Source of the DNA: a virus
Strand: one strand, 5' to 3'
IMG/VR virus record: IMGVR_UViG_3300010396_000037
Length of the DNA: 64,000 bases
How positions within the stretch are numbered: position 1 is the stretch's first letter; each line of letters starts with the position of its first letter. Position numbers and translations under genes: made by a program. Under the pieces are notes generated by a model. It saw nothing but the letters and a program-made list of their open reading frames with translations. It was not told where the DNA came from and ran no database searches. Below, in pieces: positions 29,083 to 38,322 of this stretch.

Positions 29083-29339
29083 CTGTTGATGTGGGAAGAC
29101 CTCCAATGATTGGATTTCCTAATTGTGATAAAATTGTTGAAGACATTCGCAAAAAAGAAGATGAAGATATTATTTCAAGAACTTTAGATGGAACCGATGT
29201 ATTTTATGGTGGTGGTTATGTAGAAGGTGTAAATGTTCCCACACCAGCTTGTATAAATGATGTAATTTGGTATGGTGTCACGGAACAAGAAGAATCAAAG
29301 TTTGAGCATAATGAGTTTTACAATAGACCTATCTGTTGA
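29079..29339 (+). CDS. Hypothetical protein
   Basis: Probable start MTVDVG with GAGG SD. Confidence 0.55.
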   Translation: MTVDVGRPPMIGFPNCDKIVEDIRKKEDEDIISRTLDGTDVFYGGGYVEGVNVPTPACINDVIWYGVTEQEESKFEHNEFYNRPIC

Positions 29340-29350
29340 GGATAAATACA

Positions 29351-29764
29351 ATGGCAAACAAGAAGAAAGACGTGATAGTTTCAGATGTTACTGTTTCTAA
29401 GAAGAAGAACAAAGCAGTTAAGAAAGTTGTGAAGAAAACTGCAACCAAAAAGACCGTGGCGAAGAAGGTCAAGAAAAGTCAAGCGGTGAGTCAGAGCCCA
29501 GTGTCTAGGACTAAAACACTGAAGGGGCAATTGACGACTACTGTGTCTAAAGTAGATACTAATACACCAGTTAACAGATGGGCCGCCCCTATTGATCCTC
29601 TTTTGGCAGATAAGTTGGAACTGATTGATGATATACAATGCTCTAATACTTTTGAAATGAGAGAGCACAAGATGCTTGAAGCTGCTAGAATTGAACAACA
29701 GGATAAAGTCGAACTCAAGATTCCGTTTTGGGCTCGCATTTTGTGGTGGTTTGTTAAGAAGTGA
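29351..29764 (+). CDS. Lys-rich (histone H1-like) protein with hydrophobic C-terminus
   Basis: KKKNKAVKKVVKKTATKKTVAKKVKK; ends FWARILWWFVKK. Confidence 0.6.
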   Translation: MANKKKDVIVSDVTVSKKKNKAVKKVVKKTATKKTVAKKVKKSQAVSQSPVSRTKTLKGQLTTTVSKVDTNTPVNRWAAPIDPLLADKLELIDDIQCSNTFEMREHKMLEAARIEQQDKVELKIPFWARILWWFVKK

Positions 29765-30066
29765 ATGAGAGAGAAAAGCAAGCCTTTCTGACCTATGCTG
29801 ATGCTATTATAGCTGAATGCCACAAAGTCAGATTCGAAGAAGGTGTACCTGGTTCAGCTCGCTATTCTAATATGGAAGAGAAATTGACTGAACCACGACA
29901 GTTTTATGTCTTGGGTCATAGTGATGGCCGTGAAAAGATGGCTAAAGAAATATTGAACATCATGAAAGCCTTGCAGACAGTTGAACAAAAATATAGTGAT
30001 GAGATTGTTAAGCAATCATTAACAAAAATTGCAAAGGATCCAAGATGGAAATTGAAAAAGAATTGA
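29761..30066 (+). CDS. Hypothetical protein
   Basis: Coupled ORF. Confidence 0.5.
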   Translation: MNEREKQAFLTYADAIIAECHKVRFEEGVPGSARYSNMEEKLTEPRQFYVLGHSDGREKMAKEILNIMKALQTVEQKYSDEIVKQSLTKIAKDPRWKLKKN

Positions 30067-30317
30067 TTGCAAAGGAATTGCGCAAACATTCTCAAGAGCT
30101 TCGAGCAAAAATAGATAACAATCTGACGAATGCAACATGTACAAAAAATTTTGAACGTGATAGTGAAATCATCAATTGCGAATGTCACGCTATCTTTAAA
30201 TTAGAGCAAAAATACAAGAAGAAGCATGATAAGCTTGTAAGAAAATATAGCAAACGTTCCACATGTTTGCGTGGATGTAAAATTTGTAACAGAATCCGAA
30301 ATTGGCTGCATATTTGA
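30045..30317 (+). CDS. Hypothetical Cys-containing basic protein
   Basis: Overlapping ORF; CEC, C..GCKIC. Confidence 0.5.
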   Translation: MEIEKELIAKELRKHSQELRAKIDNNLTNATCTKNFERDSEIINCECHAIFKLEQKYKKKHDKLVRKYSKRSTCLRGCKICNRIRNWLHI

Positions 30318-30325
30318 GGTGATTC

Positions 30326-30910
30326 ATGGCACAGAAGAAAGAAGTGGTAAGTGGATCATTGGATGATCTGAGGATAGAACGCAGCGGTGTTGGTGATGTT
30401 AATGGTAAAGGTCGTGGTTCAGCTGCTCGTTTCAACGCAGGTAAGATGAGGTATGATTTGCTTGATATTGGAGTGTTAATAGAGTCACTTAAAATTGAGT
30501 TGGAGGATTCCCTGTACTTGCCTGTTTTGGAAAGTCTTTCCAAATGGCAACATGGTGGCACGTCTGAAGATTTATTGCAATCTGCACTGACTCTTTCTAT
30601 ATTGACTTCCAGCAACTGGAGTGAGAATCCAGCTTGTATAGGTTATGTTCCCTGGGATCAATGTGCTGAAGTTTTTGAATATGGTGCCAAGAAATATTCA
30701 GAATGGAATTGGTTGCGTGGCCAGTCTTGGTCTATTCCATTTGCTTGTTGTTTAAGGCATTTGGCTAAGATTTCTAGAGACGAATGGATTGATCCAGAAT
30801 CTGGCAAAACACATCTTGGCCATTTTCTTTGTAATGTAATGATGCTATGCTACTTTGAGAAGGAATACACGGAAGGCGATGATCGTCCTCCATTCCTGAA
30901 TAAAGAATGA
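30326..30910 (+). CDS. dATP/dGTP diphosphohydrolase-like protein (DUF5664 family)
   Basis: RFNAGK.RYDLL...AEVFEYGAKKY..WNW..G......LRHL......DPESG..HL.H..CN..ML. Confidence 0.8.
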   Translation: MAQKKEVVSGSLDDLRIERSGVGDVNGKGRGSAARFNAGKMRYDLLDIGVLIESLKIELEDSLYLPVLESLSKWQHGGTSEDLLQSALTLSILTSSNWSENPACIGYVPWDQCAEVFEYGAKKYSEWNWLRGQSWSIPFACCLRHLAKISRDEWIDPESGKTHLGHFLCNVMMLCYFEKEYTEGDDRPPFLNKE

Positions 30911-30917
30911 GGATCCA

Positions 30918-33428
30918 ATGCGTTTCTATACTAATGTTGTCAATCGTGGAAAGAACATCTATGTTCGAGGTTGGGCTGAAGGCAAACGTTGGGCTGAAGT
31001 AATACCATACAAACCACGTCTTTATATCGAGAACAATAAACAACTCACGGCAGGTAAGTGGGTTGATATGATGTCCGGTAAAGCACTGGCACAAGTTGAT
31101 TTTGATAATATCTATGAAGCTAAAGACTTCATCAAACAATATGATGGGTTGAATGATTTTCATATCTATGGATCAACTGATTGGACTGGTCAATACATAT
31201 TTGATGTTTTCCCAGGAGAGGTGCATTCTGACCTGAACAGGATCAATGTGCTGTTTATGGATATTGAAGTAGATTCTAAGAATGGATATGCTTCTGTAAA
31301 CAGTGCTGAGAATGAAGTCATCTCAATTACGATCTGCACGCGTGGTAAGTATTATGTATTGGGTTTGGTTGACTTCAAAGTGCCAGAAGGCAAGAATGTT
31401 CAATATCACAAGTGTAGCAGTGAACGTGAACTCCTTGTTATCTTTCTACAATGCTGGGAGAAGGCCGATCCTGACGTTGTAACAGGATGGAACACCAATG
31501 GCTACGACTTACCTTATCTGATCAATCGCATTTCTCGAGTCTTTGGAGAGGAAGAATGCAAGAAGCTTTCTCCATGGAGAAAAATGCCAGTCTTGAAGGA
31601 CGCAATTGGTAAAGCTGGTCGCAAAACGATCAAACCTTACATTGATGGCATCGCTTGTCTTGATTATTATGATCTCTACACCAATGGTAAATTCGTTCAA
31701 AGTCAACGTGAAGAATACACACTTGACTATATTTCTAGATATGAACTTGGTTCTGAAAAGACAGATTACAGCCAGTATGGATCACTTGCGAAATTTTATG
31801 AACAGAATCCACAGCTCTTCATAGAATACAACATCCATGACGTTGAATTGGTTGTTGCTCTGGATGCCAAGTTGAAGTTTCTTGAGCTGGTCTATTCGAT
31901 GGCTTATGATGCCAAAGTCAACTATCAAGATACTTTAGGATCAGTGTTCATCTGGGAAAACATCATCCGTAATCACCAGATGTCTAAGGGAATGGTTCCG
32001 CCATTAAAGAAAGACGTGGGCGAGAAGAACCAATCTATTGTAGGTGGTTATGTCAAAAACCCAAATCCTGGTATGTATCATTGGGTTGTAACCTTTGACG
32101 CGTCATCCCTGTACCCTTCTTTGATTCGACAATTGAATATCAGTCCAGAGACACTTCAGGGTGTAATGTATTCTGTCGACAGGTCTGACTTAGATGGTAG
32201 TGGTTGGGAAGAAGCGAGGGCGTTGGCTCAAGAAAACAATTGGACGATTGCTTCTAATGGCGCAGCTTTTGATGTTGAAAGAAGTGGATGTCTACCAGAA
32301 TTGATGTACATCTATTATCAGAAAAAGAATGATGCGTCAAAACTTCAAATTGAAGCAGAAAAAGAGTTACAGCTGAAACCTGGTGATAAGGAATTAGAAC
32401 TTCGCATTCAGAATCTGAAGTCAAAGATATTCGCAACCAAGGTGCTACTCAATTCTTGTTTCGGTGCAACATCTAATCCTTACTTCCAGTTCTCTGACGA
32501 TAGAATCGCGGAAGCAATTACAACTTCAGGTCAGACGTTGATTCAGACCGCTGCAAAAAGAGTCAATGCACAATTTTGCAAGATCATGAAAAGCAATCGT
32601 GATTACATTATTGCTTCTGATACAGACTCAATTATTGTGGATTGTTCTTCAATTGTTGAAGCTGCCAAATGGAATGGTTCTTTGAATCCAACTGCGTCTG
32701 TTGAAGAAACAACCAAGTTCCTCAATAGATTGTGCGAAGCTAAACTGAACCCATTGCTTGATGAAATCATGGATGAGATAGTTAGCAAGACTCATGCTCG
32801 TGAAAAAGCAGTGTTCATGGTGCGTGAAGCAATTTGCGACACAGTAGTTTGGGTGGCTGCTAAGAATTACATGATGCGCATTTGGAACAACAAAGGCGTC
32901 ACATACAAGAATCCTAAATACAAGATCATGGGTCTTGAAGCTGTTCGTTCTACCACTCCAACTGCTTGTAGAAAAGCTTTGAAGCATTCAATTGAATTGA
33001 TACTAGATGAAAATCAACAGGGATTGTTAGATTACATAGAGGAATTCAAGAAAGTATTTTGGAACTCTGATTATTCTGAAGTCAGTAAGAACATTAGCGT
33101 GAGATTTGGTTCACCTGTTGTTACTCAACAGATCAGAGCAGCAACAGTGTATAACAATGCCATCAAAGAAAGAAATTTGGAAAATCTCTATTCTTTGATA
33201 TCACATGGTAGTAAAATACGCCTCTTGCATCTAAAGAAACCAAATCCATTGGGGTCTGATATTATTGGATTCCCAGAAGGCAAGCTTCCAAAGGAATTTG
33301 GAATTGACAAGTATATTGACAAAGAACAAATGTTTGAAAAGACATTCATGGTTCCGCTTGAAAAGATGGTTAAAGCAGGTGGAATGAGTATTAAGCAAGA
33401 AGATTCATTGTCTGCATTTTTTGTTTGA
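30918..33428 (+). CDS. gp43: Family B DNA polymerase gp43
   Basis: DIEV (ExoI), GWN..GYD, YNIHDV, D.SSLYPS, K...NS.FG, SDTDS. Confidence 0.97.
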   Translation: MRFYTNVVNRGKNIYVRGWAEGKRWAEVIPYKPRLYIENNKQLTAGKWVDMMSGKALAQVDFDNIYEAKDFIKQYDGLNDFHIYGSTDWTGQYIFDVFPGEVHSDLNRINVLFMDIEVDSKNGYASVNSAENEVISITICTRGKYYVLGLVDFKVPEGKNVQYHKCSSERELLVIFLQCWEKADPDVVTGWNTNGYDLPYLINRISRVFGEEECKKLSPWRKMPVLKDAIGKAGRKTIKPYIDGIACLDYYDLYTNGKFVQSQREEYTLDYISRYELGSEKTDYSQYGSLAKFYEQNPQLFIEYNIHDVELVVALDAKLKFLELVYSMAYDAKVNYQDTLGSVFIWENIIRNHQMSKGMVPPLKKDVGEKNQSIVGGYVKNPNPGMYHWVVTFDASSLYPSLIRQLNISPETLQGVMYSVDRSDLDGSGWEEARALAQENNWTIASNGAAFDVERSGCLPELMYIYYQKKNDASKLQIEAEKELQLKPGDKELELRIQNLKSKIFATKVLLNSCFGATSNPYFQFSDDRIAEAITTSGQTLIQTAAKRVNAQFCKIMKSNRDYIIASDTDSIIVDCSSIVEAAKWNGSLNPTASVEETTKFLNRLCEAKLNPLLDEIMDEIVSKTHAREKAVFMVREAICDTVVWVAAKNYMMRIWNNKGVTYKNPKYKIMGLEAVRSTTPTACRKALKHSIELILDENQQGLLDYIEEFKKVFWNSDYSEVSKNISVRFGSPVVTQQIRAATVYNNAIKERNLENLYSLISHGSKIRLLHLKKPNPLGSDIIGFPEGKLPKEFGIDKYIDKEQMFEKTFMVPLEKMVKAGGMSIKQEDSLSAFFV

Positions 33429-33437
33429 GGATTAGAT

Positions 33438-34484
33438 ATGGCAAATGTTGAATTACTGAAAAGATTAAAAGCAGCATCAACTATTGATGAAACATCAATG
33501 CTGGAAGATTCAGTGGTGTTTCAGAAAAAGGATTTGGTTCAGACTCCTGTTCCAATGTTGAATGTTGCATTATCAGGCATGCTGGATGGCGGATTTGCTT
33601 CTGGCTTGACGGTATTTGCGGGTGAGAGCAAAAGGTTCAAGACTATGTATGTCTTGATTTGTGCTGCTGCTTATCTGAAGAAATATCCTGATTCTGTTCT
33701 TTTGTTTTATGATTCTGAATTTGGTACTCCACAATCATATTTCAGTTCACTTGGTATTCCTCTGGATAGAGTGATTCATACACCTATTACAACTGTTGAA
33801 CAATTGCGTTCAGATATAGCCAATCAGTTGAATGCTATCAAGAAAGGAGACAGAATTTTCATTGCAGTTGATTCTGTAGGAAATCTTGCGTCTGCAAAAG
33901 AAGTCAATGATGCCTTAGACGAGAAGTCCGTAGCAGATATGACACGCGCCAAACAATTGAAGTCTCTCTTTCGTATTATCACTCCACAGTTGACATTGAA
34001 AGATGTTCCATGTTTTGTTGTTAATCATACTTACAAAACCATGGAGCTTTATTCCAAAGATGTTGTATCTGGCGGAACAGGTGTTTATTATAGCTCTGAT
34101 AACATCTTTATTATTGGTCGACAACAAGAAAAAGAAAAAGATAAATTGTCTGGTTTTAATTTCATTATTAATGTAGAGAAGTCACGTTTTGTAAAGGAAA
34201 AGAGTAAAATACCGATTAGTGTTTCTTTTGAGCATGGTATGCAAAAGAATTCTGGATTGCTTGAATTGGCTCTTGAGTTGAATTATGTAACTTCGCCAAA
34301 ATTGGGACAATATGCTTTCGTGAATCGCAAGACTGGTGAAGTAGAAGATAAGACATTCAAAAAGACCGAAACCACTAAACCAGAATTTTCCAAACGTTTG
34401 TTGGATGATGTTGATTTTCAAGAAGCTGTTAAGGATAAGTTTCAGATTGCTAGGACAGCTCTGTTTAAGAATGATGAGGAATAA
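33438..34484 (+). CDS. uvsX: RecA-like recombinase UvsX
   Basis: NVALSG, AG.SK.FKT, FYDSEFG, DSVGNLAS.KE, ADMTRAK, VNHTY, VSGGTG. Confidence 0.96.
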   Translation: MANVELLKRLKAASTIDETSMLEDSVVFQKKDLVQTPVPMLNVALSGMLDGGFASGLTVFAGESKRFKTMYVLICAAAYLKKYPDSVLLFYDSEFGTPQSYFSSLGIPLDRVIHTPITTVEQLRSDIANQLNAIKKGDRIFIAVDSVGNLASAKEVNDALDEKSVADMTRAKQLKSLFRIITPQLTLKDVPCFVVNHTYKTMELYSKDVVSGGTGVYYSSDNIFIIGRQQEKEKDKLSGFNFIINVEKSRFVKEKSKIPISVSFEHGMQKNSGLLELALELNYVTSPKLGQYAFVNRKTGEVEDKTFKKTETTKPEFSKRLLDDVDFQEAVKDKFQIARTALFKNDEE

Positions 34485-34486
34485 GA

Positions 34487-35902
34487 ATGCCACAACCAAT
34501 CGAAGTTGAAATTTTAAACGGTTTGGTGTTTGATTCGGAGTTTGCTAAGCTTGCTTTGCCGCACTTTGAAGATGAATATTTTTCTGATGATGGTACAAGA
34601 ACAGTTTTGAGCCTTGCTCGTGATTATATTGGTAAGTACGGAAGTCAACCAACGATTGATGCTTTAGCAATTGATCTGCAATCTGTAAAAGAGTTGACAC
34701 AGGACCAGTTTGAAGGTGCTAAGAATGTTATTCAAGAATTGAAACCGAGTGAAACTGACTACAAATGGCTGGTAGATAAAGCTGAAGGATTCTGCCAAGA
34801 TCGTGCTTTGTATCTTGGTATCATGCAAGCCATTCACATTGTTGATGGTAAGGAAACCAAGCATGGTATCTCTAAAGGAGCAATTCCTGACTTACTGCAA
34901 AAGGCATTGGCTGTCAATTTTGATCGTTCCATAGGTCATGATTACTTTTCTCAAGCTGATGCTCGTTTTGCATTCTATCATAATGATGAAGAACACATAC
35001 CATTTGATCTGGAGATGCTCAACCGCATCACCAAAGGTGGTTTGTACCGCAAGACTTTAAATGTTTTCACCGCTGCACCAGGAGTTGGTAAAACTCTGAC
35101 AATGTGCCATATGGCTGCATCATATGTTGCATCTGGTTTGAAAGTTCTATACATCACAATGGAAATGTCTGAAGAAAGGATTGCTCAGAGAATTGACGCG
35201 AACTTACTTGATGTATCCTTGAATGAGATAGAAAATATTTCTAGAGCGGATTTTGATTCCAGAGTGCAAAGAGCACGTTCCAGAATGACGGGTGATATAG
35301 TCATCAAAGAATTCCCGACTGGTGGTGGAAACGTCAATCATTTCAGACATTTACTTTCTGAATTGGACCAGAAGAAGAGATTCAAACCGGATGTTATCTT
35401 CGTTGACTATATGAATATTTGTTCATCAGCCCGTTACCGTAATGGCGATGGAGCAAATAGTTATTCTGTCGTGAAAGCTATTGCTGAAGAGTTGAGAGGC
35501 ATGGCGGTTGAATTCAATGTTCCCGTTGTTACAGCAACACAGTTTAACCGTGAAGGAGCGGGTTCGTCTGATCCTGAAATGACGAATACATCAGACAGCT
35601 TCGGAACACCCATGACGGCTGACTTGCAATTGGCAATCTACTCTACTCCAGACCTGGATGAACAGGGTAAGTTGGTTATCAAGCAATTGAAGAATCGCTA
35701 CAATGATAAGACAGAATACAAGAAGTTTCTGTTAAGAGTGGATAAGAGCAAAATGCGTTTGATGGATGATGATGTGCTGGAAGGATACTCAACTTCTTTG
35801 TCTGATAAGGAAAAGAAGAACATTGAAGAAATGTCTAATGCTCGCAAACCAACACATGATGAAAAATCATTTGGTGGGTTTGATTTTGGAGAGGATGAAT
35901 AA
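34487..35902 (+). CDS. gp41: Replicative DNA helicase gp41
   Basis: GHDYF, A.PGVGKT, TMEMSEERI..RIDAN, IKEFPT, VDY, ATQ.NR, KQLKNRY.D. Confidence 0.96.
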   Translation: MPQPIEVEILNGLVFDSEFAKLALPHFEDEYFSDDGTRTVLSLARDYIGKYGSQPTIDALAIDLQSVKELTQDQFEGAKNVIQELKPSETDYKWLVDKAEGFCQDRALYLGIMQAIHIVDGKETKHGISKGAIPDLLQKALAVNFDRSIGHDYFSQADARFAFYHNDEEHIPFDLEMLNRITKGGLYRKTLNVFTAAPGVGKTLTMCHMAASYVASGLKVLYITMEMSEERIAQRIDANLLDVSLNEIENISRADFDSRVQRARSRMTGDIVIKEFPTGGGNVNHFRHLLSELDQKKRFKPDVIFVDYMNICSSARYRNGDGANSYSVVKAIAEELRGMAVEFNVPVVTATQFNREGAGSSDPEMTNTSDSFGTPMTADLQLAIYSTPDLDEQGKLVIKQLKNRYNDKTEYKKFLLRVDKSKMRLMDDDVLEGYSTSLSDKEKKNIEEMSNARKPTHDEKSFGGFDFGEDE

Positions 35903-35903
35903 T

Positions 35904-37085
35904 ATGCGCGTATGTGTACTCTATTGGCCTATCAGTGGTGTGGGTGGTATCTCAACTTTCATGAAGCATATGAAAGCAGTCGCAGATGATCGTGGAGATA
36001 CATTCCATGTTCTCTGTTCGCCAAATCAGAAAGGTAAAGAAGTTGGGTTATTGCCAGAAGCAACTGAAGTGGCTGGTGGTTCATCTAACATCTTGATTGA
36101 TGGATATGTGCCGCATCATCCATCTAACTTCGAGAAGTCCGCTGATTTCATCGCCAAGAATTATGACGTGGTTCTAACAGCCCATTTATGTCCAAGACCT
36201 AACAAGTCTTATGGTGAAGAACCCGTTTTCTTAAATCTTCTGAATGAATTGCATGCAAAAAATGTTAGAATGATTGGATTCATTCATGATGGGTATTGGG
36301 ACACTTACAAGGAGTTCGGCATTCCAACTCTTGAGTTAATGCAGAAAACAATTATTGCGCAGCCAACTTATGCCAAACCAATTCTAACAGAAAAACACTA
36401 TCCAATTGAACCAACTTATCTGGCCATTCATCCACGAATTCTAGAAGCCAATAAACTTGAAGGCGATCAAAGAAATCGTAAGCGCGTTGTCTGGTTGCCA
36501 CAATGGAAGCGCATCAAAGGTACACACCTGATGCTACAAGGACTTCCTGAGGCAGAACAGATAGGATATGATGTACATCTTTATGGATGCGGCATTGATT
36601 ATTACAACGCATGTTTGGAAGATAGCTGGAAGAAGATGATTGGTAAAGATCTATTCCGTCCAGATTGTTCTGGCCAAGGAACAGCAACTTATTTCGGTAC
36701 AAGACCATACAACGAAGTTTCTGTTGCTTTACAACAAGCAACTTTCTCACTAGATTTCCAAGGTCACAGTGCAAAATATAAGACTGCATATGAAACTGGT
36801 TCTTACAATTATACTCATCTTGAAAGTCTATATTGGGGATGCGTACCTGTTGTGCATAAAAATTTCTTGAAGAATGACATACCAGATGATTTGGTTCTTG
36901 CTCTTGACCACCCTGAAATGTGGGCAAACGCCATCAAGAAGTATTGTAGCTTTAATTACCCAACCGAAAAAGCCAGGGAGTATGTATTGGAACATCATTC
37001 TGCTACAAGGCATTATGACCAGACATTTTCAATGGAATGTAAAGAGATTAAGGAAGAAGGTGGTCTTTCGGCATTCTTTGTATGA
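35904..37085 (+). CDS. GT-B fold glycosyltransferase (T4 alpha-glucosyltransferase-like DNA glycosyltransferase candidate)
   Basis: MRVCVL....GVGGI N-terminal loop, FIHD, W..IKG, NYTHLE..YWGCVPV; in the replication operon after gp41. Confidence 0.75.
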   Translation: MRVCVLYWPISGVGGISTFMKHMKAVADDRGDTFHVLCSPNQKGKEVGLLPEATEVAGGSSNILIDGYVPHHPSNFEKSADFIAKNYDVVLTAHLCPRPNKSYGEEPVFLNLLNELHAKNVRMIGFIHDGYWDTYKEFGIPTLELMQKTIIAQPTYAKPILTEKHYPIEPTYLAIHPRILEANKLEGDQRNRKRVVWLPQWKRIKGTHLMLQGLPEAEQIGYDVHLYGCGIDYYNACLEDSWKKMIGKDLFRPDCSGQGTATYFGTRPYNEVSVALQQATFSLDFQGHSAKYKTAYETGSYNYTHLESLYWGCVPVVHKNFLKNDIPDDLVLALDHPEMWANAIKKYCSFNYPTEKAREYVLEHHSATRHYDQTFSMECKEIKEEGGLSAFFV

Positions 37086-37462
37086 ATCGTTGGACTTACA
37101 ATGGTTTTGACTATGATGAATCTAAAGGAGCATTCGGATTCATCTATTTGATTACAAATCTTGAAACAGGCAAAATGTACGTCGGTAAGAAAAGTTTCAA
37201 GAGATGGGATGGAGAAGAGAGCGATTGGAGAACATATCATGGCTCATGTAAGAGTCTGAATGAAGACCTGCGTGAAAAGAACTCTTTGAAGAGAGAGATT
37301 CTCTACATTTGTGAAACTGAAGAAGAAATGGATAAACTGGAAATTGAAGAGCAATTAAAGCGTGATGTTGTGAATGATCCTAGATATTACAATCGCAGAG
37401 TTGGGGATAGATTTCTAGGCATGAAACGTGTGAATGGTAGGCTACAGAAGAAAACAGCATGA
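37082..37462 (+). CDS. Stand-alone GIY-YIG nuclease (EndoII/DenA-like)
   Basis: FGFIY.ITN..TGK.YVGKK, W..Y.GS, REIL, E..E, YYN; 126 aa with no DNA-binding tail. Confidence 0.7.
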   Translation: MNRWTYNGFDYDESKGAFGFIYLITNLETGKMYVGKKSFKRWDGEESDWRTYHGSCKSLNEDLREKNSLKREILYICETEEEMDKLEIEEQLKRDVVNDPRYYNRRVGDRFLGMKRVNGRLQKKTA

Positions 37463-37524
37463 AACGTGTGGTAGATAACACTAAACCAGTGAAGATTGTT
37501 ATAGAGCCTCATGCAGACAATTAG
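37459..37524 (+). pseudogene. Orphaned 5' end of the PIG-L deacetylase gene
   Basis: MKRVVDNTKPVKIVIEPHADN*; ATGA-coupled to upstream gene; ends at the PHxD motif. Confidence 0.7.
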
Positions 37525-37530
37525 AGAAAG

Positions 37531-37538
37531 TATAAATA
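37531..37538 (+). promoter_or_regulatory. Late promoter TATAAATA of the homing endonuclease
   Basis: Perfect T4 late consensus 26 nt before the ATG. Confidence 0.75.
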
Positions 37539-37563
37539 TCTTCAATTGAATAGAGGATATTTT

Positions 37564-38322
37564 ATGAAGGAGTGGATATATAAAGGCGAAGAATTAGCAC
37601 AAGTTCCTGGCAATGCATTTGGATTTATCTATTGCATAACTAATGTTAATTCTGGGCAGAAATATATAGGCCGAAAACAATTTGTCACCCAAAAAGGAGT
37701 AGAAACAAATTGGAAAACTTATTTTGGGTCTAGTATGCATTTGTCTAAAGATGTAGAAAAATTAGGCAAAAAATGTTTTCTTAGGGAAATTATTAGCGTT
37801 CACTCATCTAATTCAGAATTGTGTGAAGCGGAAGTGACGGAACAAGAGAATAGAAATGTTCTGTATGAAATTTTACCCAATGGCGAAAGAGCATATTACA
37901 ACAGATGTATAAAAGGCAAAGAATTTTATATCAATATGTTGGAGAAATGGCAAGACCCAGAGTACAGGAAGCATCAAGAAGAAATGCATAAAGAAACATG
38001 GAAAAATCCAGACTATAGGAAGAGGATGTCTGATGCTCATAAAGGACAAGTCCAATGGAATTTAGGATTAAAAGGAACGCAACCTGTTACAGAAGAATTA
38101 AGAGCAAAGAGAAGAAAGTTATCCAGACAACTGTGGAATGATCCAGTTTATAGAGAAAATTGTTTGAATGCCTGTAAATCAGAGGATCGAAGAAAGAAGT
38201 TGTCTGATGCCCATAAGGGTAAAAAATGGATAACTAATGGCAGCAGAAGCGTTCTGTTTAGAGGAGAAAATCTCCCAGAAGGTTACAGATATGGCAGGAA
38301 ATATTCCCCAAATAGTTTGTGA
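37564..38322 (+). mobile_element. GIY-YIG homing endonuclease with NUMOD3-like repeats
   Basis: FGFIYCITN...GQKYIGRK, YYN; W.(D/N)P.YR x3, (M/L)SDAHKG x2, WITNG, GYRYGR; GAGG SD. Confidence 0.85.
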
